From IMG/VR virus record IMGVR_UViG_3300029953_000002: a stretch of DNA of 64,000 nt. One strand, written 5' to 3'. Source of the DNA: an uncultured virus (IMG/VR IMGVR_UViG_3300029953_000002) (Duplodnaviria; Heunggongvirae; Uroviricota; Caudoviricetes). The position numbers and the translations under genes were made by a program. Below the pieces are notes generated by a model. The model saw only the letters and a list, made by a program, of their open reading frames with translations, was not told the origin of the DNA and did not search any database. Of the stretch, positions 1 to 10,876 are shown piece after piece. Every line of letters starts with the position of its first letter. The first letter of the stretch is position 1.

Positions 1-42
1 TAAGTTGCACGCGTCTCAATATTATCATTCATTTTTATTCCT

Positions 43-420
43 TTAAAGAATTATAATCTTACGCATTTGTTGGTTTAAAGGCACATGTCCTTGCCAACAC
101 ATTAACCAGTAACTTTCAGTTTGCGTATCAACTTGCGTTCTCCATACTTTTCCAACAGAGAGATCTTCTGGCACTGACTGACTATGTTCCAATAAAAGAA
201 ATGTTTCTCTATCCATAACAACATCAATGCCGTCCATTGCTACTTTATCTTTCAGTGGGTGGTGATGAAATACTCCACTATTATCTACAGTGTCCGGCAA
301 CGTATTAGTTTCATCTAGTAAGTGACTGACGATTAAATTATTGATACGCGAAGTCGTTTTTGAAATGGTTTCTTGTAGAGCTTTTTTACCTTCTACGCTA
401 GAAAAATAGTCTTCATTCAT
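43..420 (-). CDS. hypothetical phage protein; C-terminal part resembles 15194..15580
   Basis: ORF with GGAG RBS; ETF..L....S.P.....GK.W ... YW...W.G pattern shared with 15194..15580. Confidence 0.6.
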   Translation of the reverse strand: MNEDYFSSVEGKKALQETISKTTSRINNLIVSHLLDETNTLPDTVDNSGVFHHHPLKDKVAMDGIDVVMDRETFLLLEHSQSVPEDLSVGKVWRTQVDTQTESYWLMCWQGHVPLNQQMRKIIIL

Positions 421-604
421 ACTACTCTCCTTTATTTATTTGTTTATTCTCCACCGCAGGCTTACAAACAAACTTCTTTCCGAACTGTTTAGATTCTGAA
501 GAAATATTACTCTCACAACGCATGAGAGTAATATGTTTGTTTAGTTCGTAACCGGTGTAGATACCAAGGACGATCAAAATCACTACGCGCCACATACTCG
601 TTCC

Positions 605-832
605 TTATAACGGATTGCCGTGACGATCAACGTGTGCTTCAGCTGCGGCTCTTACGAGTCGTTTCTCTGCATTAGCAAAATGTTTATCGCAATGTTCTTT
701 TCCGAAGTAATGAATGTTTGATGGTGTATTTGAATACGCTTGAGCATTGCACCACATCTTTATTTCACCAGGAAAAGCAGCACGATTACGATCGATTGCT
801 TCTTGCTGCTTTTGTTGTTTTGACTTTGGCAT
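605..832 (-). CDS. hypothetical protein
   Basis: 75-aa ORF in tightly packed minus-strand run, GGAG upstream. Confidence 0.55.
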   Translation of the reverse strand: MPKSKQQKQQEAIDRNRAAFPGEIKMWCNAQAYSNTPSNIHYFGKEHCDKHFANAEKRLVRAAAEAHVDRHGNPL

Positions 833-835
833 AAA

Positions 836-1045
836 TTACTCCAGTTGGTGAATTTCCTTAAACCATTCTGCTGAGTTGAACTCAACAAACTTCTTCTTGA
901 AGTCACGGATATGGTCATCTGCTCTGCTTTCCAGATAACCTTCCATGTGGTCAATATTACTCTTATCTTCAGGCTCAGCAATGACTGCTGATACTACTTT
1001 TTGGTTACCTGGAAGATGACGTAGTACAACGATGCATTGTTTCAT
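836..1045 (-). CDS. hypothetical protein
   Basis: 69-aa ORF with AGGAG RBS. Confidence 0.55.
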   Translation of the reverse strand: MKQCIVVLRHLPGNQKVVSAVIAEPEDKSNIDHMEGYLESRADDHIRDFKKKFVEFNSAEWFKEIHQLE

Positions 1046-1284
1046 GATAAACTCCTTTTCCTTTATGCGTAATACATACTGTCATCAACGATCTGTTGTT
1101 GCAATTCACTCAGTTCAACGAGTGTGATTTTTGTATCGAGCGGGCGTTGTTTAACCGCGTCCATGCATAGACTTTTGATGTGCTTCTCTCTTAGCACGTT
1201 TTCAGCTTGTTTCACAGCTTGACCGACTGTGTACTTCTTCTCGGTCTTTTTCAGAATGTGTATAACGCATGATGCTTCCTTTCC

Positions 1285-1935
1285 TTAATTAAAAGCGATA
1301 GCGATATCGAAGTATCCTTTCGATTTAAGCCGTGTATTTGGTGTACATGTCACAACGCAGTTGAGTTCCTTTTGAATTTTCTTCACAAGGTATTCATAGT
1401 GTTGCTGTAACATGCTGGCGCGTTCCTTGTCTTCTTTCATTACTTCGTGAACACCTTTCAGTAATTCTTGCAGATAGCGTCTTGCCCCAAAATAGGTATA
1501 GATCACTTTACTGCTGAACTGGTATTCACTATCCAACAACTGCCTGTTAATAATGTTGTCAGAAGCGTCACTCAGTTGGCCATAAGAGGCCCGTGGAATT
1601 TGATTGGTGTAGATCTTACCGTCATCTGTTGTGAAGATAAAACCGTCGTATTGAATCACGTCGTCATAGTCACCGGGGACTTTGTGATGCCCTGTACACG
1701 TCAGCTTAATAACGTCGAGCATCAGCAGCTTATCCGACCACGGGATAAACTTCGAATAAGCGCCGCCTTCGGATTTATTGCCGTTAGGGTACTGTATACT
1801 GTACCCAATTGCTGCGACTACATCGCCGACGTTGAAACGCATTCTTGCTGGTGCTGGTGTGCTGTTCAGCCCGACTGGACCTGGATCTTTACTAATTTCT
1901 TTTTCCAAATCAGCTACTTGTTGTTGTGCGTTCAT
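1285..1935 (-). CDS. hypothetical protein
   Basis: 216-aa ORF with AAGGA RBS. Confidence 0.65.
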   Translation of the reverse strand: MNAQQQVADLEKEISKDPGPVGLNSTPAPARMRFNVGDVVAAIGYSIQYPNGNKSEGGAYSKFIPWSDKLLMLDVIKLTCTGHHKVPGDYDDVIQYDGFIFTTDDGKIYTNQIPRASYGQLSDASDNIINRQLLDSEYQFSSKVIYTYFGARRYLQELLKGVHEVMKEDKERASMLQQHYEYLVKKIQKELNCVVTCTPNTRLKSKGYFDIAIAFN

Positions 1936-2154
1936 GATTTTTCCTTTGTGTTTGATGTGTTGTTATTACAAATACGACAGTGAAAATTCTTTTATTTTGT
2001 ACTTCAACTTCGATAATTCTCCTATTTAATCTATATTAACTATAGAAATAAAATACATTCCATAACTAACTACTCTGTGAATTTGAGTAATTAGTTACAG
2101 GATATAAATTACTCAGCAGATTTTTCAGTTGGTCAGTTCACCAAACTCGGTCTA

Positions 2155-2868
2155 TTAAGAAGCGAAATGATCGCCGCCGTATACTTTACGTACATAGTTA
2201 CCGTCGCGCGGATCGTCCTGTCCTTCTGGTACGATAAGTGCGTTTGATGCCGATTGTGGAAGTCCCCGACGAATTTTTTCGCCTAGGACGTAAGCATCTT
2301 TATCAACAAAACCATTATCCTTCAGCCAGTTTGCACAGTCGGGATAGTTAGAAATCTTATCCCAGTCATTACTGCAAATGGCTTTAGCGCCCTCGACATT
2401 ATTGCGCTCAAGTTCACTGCATACTTGGCGAAGACAAGGTACGCCGCGATCATCGTTGTGCTTTGCTTGCATCATAAACAGATCACGCAAGTCGCCTTTG
2501 TAGTTATAACTGACCGGTTTAAAGATCTCAGCCGTATAGGACCGAGACGCAATACATTCACCAAGAGATACTTTCTTGACAAAGAACATCGCTGATCCCT
2601 TAGGTTTACTACGATTAAGCGCTAAGGCACTTTGTAGTAACGGTTGCGGGTAAACGGTGCCGTCGCTAAGCTTTGATGGTTCTTCAGCTAACTCTTTATT
2701 CATCGTAGCAATGGCTTCTTCTTGCGTAGAAAAATGTTTCGCTGAAATCCATCGTTTGCCCCAGTACGGATAGCCTGACGCACTATCGATGTCATAGAAC
2801 TTCTCAACGGTTTCACCGTCGTTCAAAACACTGATGACATAAAAGTCTTTGTTAGTTCTAGTGTTCAT
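2155..2868 (-). CDS. hypothetical protein; shares a C-terminal module with 14027..14698
   Basis: 237-aa ORF, AGGAG RBS; GV...R.....L..N..E.AK ... P..A.W....G motif in both. Confidence 0.65.
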   Translation of the reverse strand: MNTRTNKDFYVISVLNDGETVEKFYDIDSASGYPYWGKRWISAKHFSTQEEAIATMNKELAEEPSKLSDGTVYPQPLLQSALALNRSKPKGSAMFFVKKVSLGECIASRSYTAEIFKPVSYNYKGDLRDLFMMQAKHNDDRGVPCLRQVCSELERNNVEGAKAICSNDWDKISNYPDCANWLKDNGFVDKDAYVLGEKIRRGLPQSASNALIVPEGQDDPRDGNYVRKVYGGDHFAS

Positions 2869-2883
2869 TTCTTGCTCCTTTGT

Positions 2884-3198
2884 TTATTTAACTACTCTTT
2901 TACCAATCCGAACCATATCTGAGAACAGGTTACCCATTTCGTTTACTACTTCACCAGCATGAGTAACTTGTTCTGTCTTATTCGGACCCTCAATTTGTTT
3001 CTTTAGTTCCATTAGCTTCCGTTTCGATTTGACTACTACATAAATCAAACCAATAACCAATAAAAACTCAGGAGCTACAATGGCAATAAATACCAACATC
3101 AGAATCTTTGCCATTCCAAAGAAGCTCGTAAGTTTACAACTGTGAATAAGATCAATAAAGAATCCTACACAGCAGAAAAACACAATTACTTGTAGCAT
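2884..3198 (-). CDS. hypothetical membrane protein
   Basis: two hydrophobic N-terminal segments; AGGAG RBS. Confidence 0.6.
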   Translation of the reverse strand: MLQVIVFFCCVGFFIDLIHSCKLTSFFGMAKILMLVFIAIVAPEFLLVIGLIYVVVKSKRKLMELKKQIEGPNKTEQVTHAGEVVNEMGNLFSDMVRIGKRVVK

Positions 3199-3461
3199 GA
3201 TATTTCTCCTTTTTATTTCTGGGACTGAAAAGTAGCGATAGCTGTTTCCATATCCTCAGGCGAAAACTGTTTATGACTCTTAAGTCTTTCTTCAGTTCTT
3301 TTGTAGAAAGACTCAACTTTAGGTTGATTATCTTCGATACGTATTTTAGTCCTAGAATTAAATGTTAACCCATGTTTACGAGGCAGTGCTATTAGTGCCA
3401 TTTTATTATACCCTGATAAAGAATTGGTTAAATGTTTTTGCATTACCCATATCGTAGACAT

Positions 3462-3487
3462 CATATATGTCTGAAATATTCTGGAAT
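3462..3487 (-). promoter_or_regulatory. copy of repeated phage promoter-like motif
   Basis: minus strand ATTCCAGAATATTTCAGACATATATG, near-identical to copy at ~61156-61182. Confidence 0.6.
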
Positions 3488-3490
3488 AAG

Positions 3491-3551
3491 TAATAAATAC
3501 CCGCTCATATTACCTCGTGTTTTCGACGGTAATATGAGCGGGTATTTATTA
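3491..3551. terminator. long perfect inverted repeat (24-bp arms), probable terminator
   Basis: taataaatacccgctcatattacc (3491-3514) / ggtaatatgagcgggtatttatta (3528-3551). Confidence 0.65.
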
Positions 3552-3712
3552 TGTTTATTTAGCATGTTCTGTTATCTTAAAATTAAACATGTTGTACAGA
3601 TAGAATAGCACTACTGCAATAGTAGCAAGAAATACAGCTACAAACAATAGTATATAAATTATAGCCATGAAAAAAAATATTACAATAGCAGCTATTAAGT
3701 CAAATAGTTTCA

Positions 3713-4243
3713 TTATTGTCCCCCAATGTCTTCGGATCTTACTAAATACGGACTGTTACTATCTAACCAGCCTTTAAGCTCATACGGCAACAGTCCTTCT
3801 GGCGTGTATGCCCTTATTGTTTTGAATTTGTCATATAACGCAATACCAAGTTGCATAGTGTGTTTTGCGAGTATATCCCCATCATTAGAATTACCTTCTC
3901 TAGTGTGAATTCTTTTTATATCACCGCACAACGCCGGTATACCATACGGAACAGCATCGTTAATATCTGCAATATATAATAGTATTTCGTTTATAGTCTC
4001 GGTTGCATCTAATTCAAAATCTTTTGCTTGCTCTACACCATCCCAAAATTGTTTTAATTCTTTCTTTAAGTCCAAGACAACTACATCTGGGTATTTATCT
4101 AGATTAGCTATTCCTGCTGCCCTGTGACGATTAATAATTGTTGAAACATGATGATTTACCGGAAGATAGTAATCATCAATATTAGTCTCGCAAAACGCAT
4201 TTGGATCGTTCTCCATCATTGCTAATGTTTGTTCTAAGCTCAT
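3713..4243 (-). CDS. hypothetical protein, paralog of 5825..6253
   Basis: shared PD(V/I)(V/I)VLD ... LG ... Y...G.L.Y pattern. Confidence 0.65.
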   Translation of the reverse strand: MSLEQTLAMMENDPNAFCETNIDDYYLPVNHHVSTIINRHRAAGIANLDKYPDVVVLDLKKELKQFWDGVEQAKDFELDATETINEILLYIADINDAVPYGIPALCGDIKRIHTREGNSNDGDILAKHTMQLGIALYDKFKTIRAYTPEGLLPYELKGWLDSNSPYLVRSEDIGGQ

Positions 4244-4584
4244 TTTTCATTCCTCTTCAGAACATTACCCTACTCAATATTTTATTAAACTATTCTTATT
4301 GTGATATTAAGAAATAAATTAGAAAAGGTATAGTCGTGAAGAAAATGAATATTGCGATTAAAGTTATAAAAATAATTTTTCTCATTATATTTTCATTTAA
4401 CGTGGTTCACTAACCTGATGGATAATATCTAAACTTTTGCGCCCATATAAATCTAAAGATACGATCTTTTTTGTTGATTGTATACTTTCTAATGCTCGTT
4501 GATCTTCTGATCTAAGCTTAGTTTTAGATTGTTTTAAAATAGCTTTACGTTTAGCAATAAATGCTGGTTGTAAGTGAGACATCT

Positions 4585-4968
4585 TTATTCTCCTACAAGC
4601 TCACCAGTGTTCGCATTTACCTGCACAGCCTTATCGTCATATAACTTGATCATGCCTTGGTCTTTTATATTGGTTATTTCGAACAATTGCCCGAAATGTT
4701 TACCACACCAATCTTGAATGAACTCTTCAGTTAATTCTTTTTCATCGACATCATCAATTGCTACACGAGCAGTGAAGATCTTACAAATATCTCCTTTTGC
4801 TAAATGCTCTTTTAAAATCTTTACCATTTTTGGAATAGGTTCGCCAATATGTTCGATACCTTTCCACACATCGTAGAAAGCTAGCGTTCCATCAAGGTCG
4901 AATCCTACCCATTGTTCTGGTATCTTTTTGTTATCCTCTAATGCCCAACTCACATATGCTGGTTTCAT
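4585..4968 (-). CDS. HAD-superfamily phosphatase-like protein
   Basis: motif I FDLDGTL, motif II IFTAR, C-terminal K..GM..LYDD. Confidence 0.75.
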   Translation of the reverse strand: MKPAYVSWALEDNKKIPEQWVGFDLDGTLAFYDVWKGIEHIGEPIPKMVKILKEHLAKGDICKIFTARVAIDDVDEKELTEEFIQDWCGKHFGQLFEITNIKDQGMIKLYDDKAVQVNANTGELVGE

Positions 4969-4977
4969 ATTGTTTCC

Positions 4978-5322
4978 CTAGTTTGTTATTTGCCCATTTC
5001 TGATAAACTGATGCCACATACATCCAGCTGTCAATGCGATAGAATCCGACCCACCATCGCCAGTTAGCGTCAGGTCGTGATAACCAGTGCCGTGTAGTAG
5101 CCACCTACCAGGTCCTGGTTTAGCGTGGTCTGGGACGCCTCTAGTCTTACTCCAACAAACAATCAGATGAGTTCCTACTTTACCTTTGTTTGCTTCAAAA
5201 CACTTAGGGCAAAGAAATCGTATTCCATTGGCTTGTTCAATCGTATCTACACGGACACTATAAACACCATCTGGTCGTTCTTCGTATCGTAAAAACTGTG
5301 GTTCTAATTCTAGTAATAGCAT
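4978..5322 (-). CDS. small Cys/His protein (DUF6527-like)
   Basis: FLCPKC...H ... LTL...SI....GC.WH.FI.NG pattern. Confidence 0.5.
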   Translation of the reverse strand: MLLLELEPQFLRYEERPDGVYSVRVDTIEQANGIRFLCPKCFEANKGKVGTHLIVCWSKTRGVPDHAKPGPGRWLLHGTGYHDLTLTGDGGSDSIALTAGCMWHQFIRNGQITN

Positions 5323-5363
5323 GGGTTACTCTTTCGTTGGTTCACACATACTATTTTTAATAT

Positions 5364-5828
5364 CTAGAATAAGTAATCAGATTTTTTAGTTAATTTATAA
5401 CGTAAAGCTAAAGCATCCCAGAAAGCAACATGTTGTATAGCATCTTTTAAATCATTTGGATAACTATCTACCCGTCTTACTTCAAACGTCATGCGTGGTA
5501 TATTTATCATAGTGCCAGGACCTGTGATGAAGAACTCGCATAGATATTTAATGTCATCAGGCCAGTCAGCAATGAAGTTTGGAAGTAGGTCTCCTGATAG
5601 AAACTCTTCTACTAATTTTTGTGCATGTTCTAGTATTGATATATGGTACGTTGGGGCTTCTTTAATAAACGGAATAACATTTTTCTCTACCCAAGGGTCT
5701 AGATTTAAATCTCGGTATTTGCCTCTAATAATAATGTAAATAGATTTTCCATCCTCACGTACTAAAGCTAAACTAATCAATTCTCCACCAAGACCGTTAA
5801 ACTCGGTGTCAATATAATACGAACTCAT
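5364..5828 (-). CDS. DEDDh 3'-5' exoribonuclease-like (RNase AS/Rv2179c-type)
   Basis: YIDTEF...ELISLALV, D..Y, H.A..DA catalytic-type motifs. Confidence 0.75.
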   Translation of the reverse strand: MSSYYIDTEFNGLGGELISLALVREDGKSIYIIIRGKYRDLNLDPWVEKNVIPFIKEAPTYHISILEHAQKLVEEFLSGDLLPNFIADWPDDIKYLCEFFITGPGTMINIPRMTFEVRRVDSYPNDLKDAIQHVAFWDALALRYKLTKKSDYLF

Positions 5829-6253
5829 GCTATTTCCTTTAAAGTGTCAATTTTTAAATAAGTATCTAAAACGGGTTTTCCATCATCGTAGTGTTCTTCA
5901 TATACTGAATAATTCAAACATCCATCTCCGTCATAGATTTTTAATTCATCTATTTTTTTCTTAATCCTCATTCCTAATTCTAAAACACATTCTGCTTCTT
6001 TTAAACATTTATCCATGTATTGTTCAACATCAGCGTCCGTCGTAAAAACATCATCAGAACCATCAACATCGAATTCAAGTTGAGCAGCGTATTCACGTAA
6101 TTCATAATCAGCCATATGTTTATACTGAATACAATTTACAATAGCGTGCAATGTCTCTAATGTTAGGACGTCAATAGCACAATCAGCTGGCATTTGTCTT
6201 TTGAATTCTTTTACTATTTCTCGTGTATCCAGTACAATTATATCTGGCAACAT
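5825..6253 (-). CDS. hypothetical protein, paralog of 3713..4243
   Basis: MLPDIIVLD... similar to 3713..4243. Confidence 0.6.
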   Translation of the reverse strand: MLPDIIVLDTREIVKEFKRQMPADCAIDVLTLETLHAIVNCIQYKHMADYELREYAAQLEFDVDGSDDVFTTDADVEQYMDKCLKEAECVLELGMRIKKKIDELKIYDGDGCLNYSVYEEHYDDGKPVLDTYLKIDTLKEIA

Positions 6254-6360
6254 GATCGTCCTTTAGTTGTAACGTACGTTCTAAAATATAGAGCGAATTG
6301 GTATTTTTTGTAGCTACGCGGCATAGAGTCATTGCTCTTTACTGAGCAATGACCCATTGT

Positions 6361-6972
6361 TTAAAGTGATGTTATTAAAGATAAAGATTTCTCAACAAAC
6401 TCTATATCTTCCAATTGTTTCTGTTTATCTGTAAGTGTGCAACCAGTTGTATCTATTTCTTTCAAACGAACCATGTCTTTCGATAACTCTTGAAACTCAC
6501 TCTTTGTGATATCGTTATCTCCATAGCTCTTTAAAAACATATCGTATCGAGTTTTAATCGAAGCGCTACACATGCTGTGCTGATCTGTTTCGCCTAATGT
6601 TCGTTCTATAATTCTTGCACTAGCCTGTATATTGCTGAGTTTATGAATACAGTAAATGGGAGTATACTTTCCTCTAATTAAAACATCATTAACCATTGCT
6701 TGCAAATTAAACGCCATTTGCTTTAACGCTAATGAATCACTCCTATTGCTTTCGTATTCTACAAACAACATCGTATCTAAATTAGCTTGTTGTACATAAG
6801 TACTGTAATTTATTTGTTTATCTACATCATTGCATAAATGAATAGCACGAGTAGTAGAAACTGTTACTTTGTTAATAAGTTCGTATTCGACATTATCAAA
6901 CTGCTTAGGACCGTTTAGATACGAACATCCACAGATAAGAATACAAAATAAAAAACTTGTAAATATTCGCAT
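6361..6972 (-). CDS. putative lipoprotein
   Basis: N-terminal hydrophobic signal ending ICGC (lipobox-like). Confidence 0.55.
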   Translation of the reverse strand: MRIFTSFLFCILICGCSYLNGPKQFDNVEYELINKVTVSTTRAIHLCNDVDKQINYSTYVQQANLDTMLFVEYESNRSDSLALKQMAFNLQAMVNDVLIRGKYTPIYCIHKLSNIQASARIIERTLGETDQHSMCSASIKTRYDMFLKSYGDNDITKSEFQELSKDMVRLKEIDTTGCTLTDKQKQLEDIEFVEKSLSLITSL

Positions 6973-6984
6973 TGTTTTATTCCC

Positions 6985-7968
6985 TTATGATAATTCAACT
7001 TCATCGGTCATTATCAATTGATCGATGCCTTTAATGAAGTTATCAGCAGTTAATGAATTGTAGACGCATTCCATTGTAGTCTTATGACATTCATTGAAAT
7101 TTATATCGTAACGATGCCAGTCGGATGCGCAGAAACGACAGTTATTTCTTGGCGGTGCAAATGCTTTGAAATTCCAACCTGTTCTATTGTGACGAACGGG
7201 GATACGTAGTTCCGGTGCAACAGTGGTGTACCCACAAACTATCTTAACATCAGTACATGCTGCTAGATGAATGAGTCCTGTGTCAGCACCTACCACGACC
7301 TCTGCGCCAGCCATAATACAAGCGGCTTCCATCAGTGAAGTTTTCCCTACTAAATCAATAGTTCCACTACGTCCTTCTGGCGACACACCTTTACGATTCA
7401 TGTTATTGTAAGTGTCGTGAATCTCCGTATTCTTACCCAAGAACACTGGGTTAATCCCGCGACGCAATAGCATGTCTGCTATCTTATACGATTCATCAAA
7501 TGGAATACTTCTATTTGGATTTAGATTAGTTACTAAAATACAAGCATAAGGTTCTGGTAATTCAAATTTATCAATGTTAATGTGATTCAAAACTGGAGTT
7601 GGATAATTCTTATCTTTCTCTTGTAATACCATCCCAAGGAACTTAATAGAATTATAATCTACTAACGACATTCTCATTGGAGAAATAATTGCAGATGGAT
7701 GTAATGTGTTGGGTATCTTATCATACTGACGAATGATAACTGTATCTGGTGTCACTATTTGATTTTCTACACCTATGTAGAAAAAACAATCTTCGGGAAG
7801 AAAATAAAAAAGATCTCGCAATTCTCGCGGTATCATAACTTTCATCATATTACCAAAAATGTTTTCATACGCGTACTTCATTGCAGGGATAGCACTAATC
7901 GTATCACCTATTGCGCCTGCTCCAAGGACAAAAAGGTGTGGAGCATGCATTTTAGTATTATCGTTCAT
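6985..7968 (-). CDS. glycosyltransferase family 9 (heptosyltransferase-like)
   Basis: GAIGD near N-terminus; DLVGKTSLMEAA...VVGADTGLIHLAA GT9 signature. Confidence 0.85.
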   Translation of the reverse strand: MNDNTKMHAPHLFVLGAGAIGDTISAIPAMKYAYENIFGNMMKVMIPRELRDLFYFLPEDCFFYIGVENQIVTPDTVIIRQYDKIPNTLHPSAIISPMRMSLVDYNSIKFLGMVLQEKDKNYPTPVLNHINIDKFELPEPYACILVTNLNPNRSIPFDESYKIADMLLRRGINPVFLGKNTEIHDTYNNMNRKGVSPEGRSGTIDLVGKTSLMEAACIMAGAEVVVGADTGLIHLAACTDVKIVCGYTTVAPELRIPVRHNRTGWNFKAFAPPRNNCRFCASDWHRYDINFNECHKTTMECVYNSLTADNFIKGIDQLIMTDEVELS

Positions 7969-8363
7969 TATAAAAACCTTTGTTATTTGATTAGTTTAGA
8001 CACCATCTATTCACTTAGCTTTTGGGTGGCTGTGCTCTATACCTATAGAGTGAATATGTGCCCAACACATGTTAAAATATTCTGCATGGTACAATATAGT
8101 AACAAGGCTAAGGTAATGATGTCTAAACTAATCTTTAATTAAAATATTTCAGTTATCTTTTTCCTAGTTCAGCTAATTCTTCAGGAGTAAGTGGTGACTG
8201 AGGAACGTCAGCACAGATTTTACAAACTACACGACGTTTATGCCCAATAAACAAACTCATGCAACGACAACAACGATTTTCGTAGTTACCATTTTCATAG
8301 CTAAAATCTTCTACCCAGTCTCGTTCAGAGCATTCAGAGGAATACACGCTCATAATCACTCCT

Positions 8364-9182
8364 TTATTGTGTTTGCGCTGTAATATCGTAATGTGAGATT
8401 AATAATTCAACATTACCCGAACCGTATATCTCAGAGCCGACATACACACCAATAATCTGTAATGAGTCTGCAAGGGCAGGTGTCATGCCGGGAGATTCCA
8501 ATAATCTTGCGCGTACATCAAACACTAACGGCGAGCTAATGCCAGTCGGTTTGAAATAAACGATATTGACTAAGCCATCCGATCGATCACTATAACAGCG
8601 ATCAAAGATCGAACTGGCACATAAATTAAACCCGCCTTGTAATTCTTGTTCAACGAAAAACGGACTACCAGTAACTGATTGCATACTAACACCTGTTACT
8701 ACGCGAGCGCGTGCTCCAGCGAAAGTCAGGATTGTGTAAGACAAATTAACAACTGGATGTTGACGTATAAATACTTGTCCAACCACACCACCATTAAGGA
8801 ATGAACCGTTATATAGATTGTTAGCGGGCGGTGTAGTGATAATTAATAAACCATTTTGTGTATTGCTATCTGTCCACCATGGAACAGTATTCTGTAAACC
8901 ATTCGCATCCTGATCCCATGAGTACGGGCCAAATTGTGGCGTTTCTATTGTCCCGTGAACAACCCATTTTCCTACATTAGTCTGCCCTGTAGGAAGTAAC
9001 CAATTTGCATCTGCATATACAAATTGATCGCCAATATGCACAAGCGATACATCCGTAGTTGACGTGGTTGTGTTTATAGTCGTTGTTGTTATAGGGGCTA
9101 TAGTTTGTGAGGTATTACCGCTACCGCATCCATAAAGAATAAAGCCTAAAAAAATAACTCTAATGCATCGTAAAATAAGCAT
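8364..9182 (-). CDS. putative lipoprotein with Thr-rich linker
   Basis: signal ending LYGC followed by a T-rich stretch. Confidence 0.6.
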   Translation of the reverse strand: MLILRCIRVIFLGFILYGCGSGNTSQTIAPITTTTINTTTSTTDVSLVHIGDQFVYADANWLLPTGQTNVGKWVVHGTIETPQFGPYSWDQDANGLQNTVPWWTDSNTQNGLLIITTPPANNLYNGSFLNGGVVGQVFIRQHPVVNLSYTILTFAGARARVVTGVSMQSVTGSPFFVEQELQGGFNLCASSIFDRCYSDRSDGLVNIVYFKPTGISSPLVFDVRARLLESPGMTPALADSLQIIGVYVGSEIYGSGNVELLISHYDITAQTQ

Positions 9183-10462
9183 GGTGCTTTTCCTTTAAAC
9201 TACGCGGCTACTTTCCCCGCCGTTCTAGAATGTATTAGTCATTCTCCCACTGCACGCTTGCCAATTGATAACACAGCCGCTTGTGGTCCATCGTGTGCTC
9301 ATCTACGCTATAAACTTTCTTCTTGTTTACGCTCGGTGTGGCTACCGTTTGCAGGCTATACTTGCTGCAACTCAAGTTAAAACTTACGTCCAATACAACA
9401 ATGGCATTTTAGCTTCAAGAATGACGACAAAATTCTCATCACGCATGAAACAATGCAATTTCTTCAGGAGTTGGTGGTATCCCAAGGATATTATTATTGA
9501 TTGTATATGTTGGTGCGCTCTTAACATTATTAGGAAGTAATGGATTTGTTTCTTCTTCAAGCAATGCAACGTTAGCTTTGATTATTTCTACAGAAGCGTT
9601 TTCCATTATCTTCCTAATTTTCTGTGCTTCACTGTTATCCACACTCACAACAATCGAAGTGCCGCCTATGGGGTGTGTTGTGCACTGTTCTTGAAAAGTA
9701 TGTTCTTTCAGAGCTGATGTATAAAACTCTAACCGACGTTTCTTTTCGGCAAGTATATCTTCTTCTTTTGAATTTCGTTCTTTAGCGAAGGCAACACGTT
9801 CTTCAAATGTCTTGCCTTTTTGTTTAGCTGCACCCATTTTTATTTCTCCTTTTAATGAACAGAAGAAGAAGAAGACATTCCAAATTGTTCTTGACATTGA
9901 ATATCTTGAGCGCACGCCCCAATATAATTATGGAGTTGTAATTCGGTTTCACCTGTAACTGCGCTAATTGCTTTATAGAGTTCTTCACGCTCTTGTGCTG
10001 TATCTGCGGTCCTAGTAACACGACCAACACAATTTTGATATACCAATCTAACTAAAACAGTCTTCGATGTTTTGATTAACTTTTCCACTAAAACTTCATT
10101 CATATTTAGCATTGGTGCTACTTTATTTGTCCCCCATGTTGTTTCTCCTTAGATTGGTTGTTATGCAGTTGCATCCACTCATTAACGTAATAGACACGTA
10201 AAGGTTCAATTAACTTTTCAAAATCAGCGCCTTGAGTTGTGTTCTTAGCTGTTGCCGATTTATGATGTTTCATAATTGGAGCTAAGGCTTCTTTTACGTA
10301 GTTTGATAGTTTCAGAACGTCACTAGCGGTTAGTGGTTTCGGTTTATGTGTTACGTTAGAATATGTTGGCAACATCATGACTCCATTTATTACTATAATC
10401 AGTAAACAAGTTATTTTCGACTGGGACATTAATTACATCCCAGTCCTTTAAGAAATGTTCTT

Positions 10463-10876
10463 CTATGCGTGATTAATCCCCACGCGACGTATTGTCGGGA
10501 GTATTAGCTTACGCCCAGATGTTTCAATGGAAATAGTTTTCGATTTATTACGTATTGTAATAAGTCTGTGGTCATGATGTTCTGATGAACCAGCGTATGG
10601 GTAACCGATGGATGATGGATTTTGCTGTATGTAATAACGACCAATGTCGTTTGTTTCAAGATCATAGACAGTGACTACATCGCCATCATAATCTCCGCCT
10701 AGATTACGAAAAGCGTTTCTAGCACTAGTGGCGTGCGTACCATCATTGCTAACAGCAAGGACTAAACCTTGTTTCGGTACAAACAACGGCATCAATGAGG
10801 ATGCTCTAACGATAGCTGGCGCAGCCACAACCAACCCCGCGCCAAACATACCTTTAAGAAATGAACGACGTTCCAT
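10463..10876 (-). CDS. phage protein with twin-arginine-like N-terminus
   Basis: MERRSFLKG...AAPAIVRASSLMP. Confidence 0.6.
   Translation of the reverse strand: MERRSFLKGMFGAGLVVAAPAIVRASSLMPLFVPKQGLVLAVSNDGTHATSARNAFRNLGGDYDGDVVTVYDLETNDIGRYYIQQNPSSIGYPYAGSSEHHDHRLITIRNKSKTISIETSGRKLILPTIRRVGINHA

Noticed and set aside
10670..10710. GGDYDGD resembling the RNA polymerase NADFDGD catalytic motif
   Set aside because: It occurs in a 137-aa protein with a Tat-like N-terminus and no other polymerase context; probably chance.
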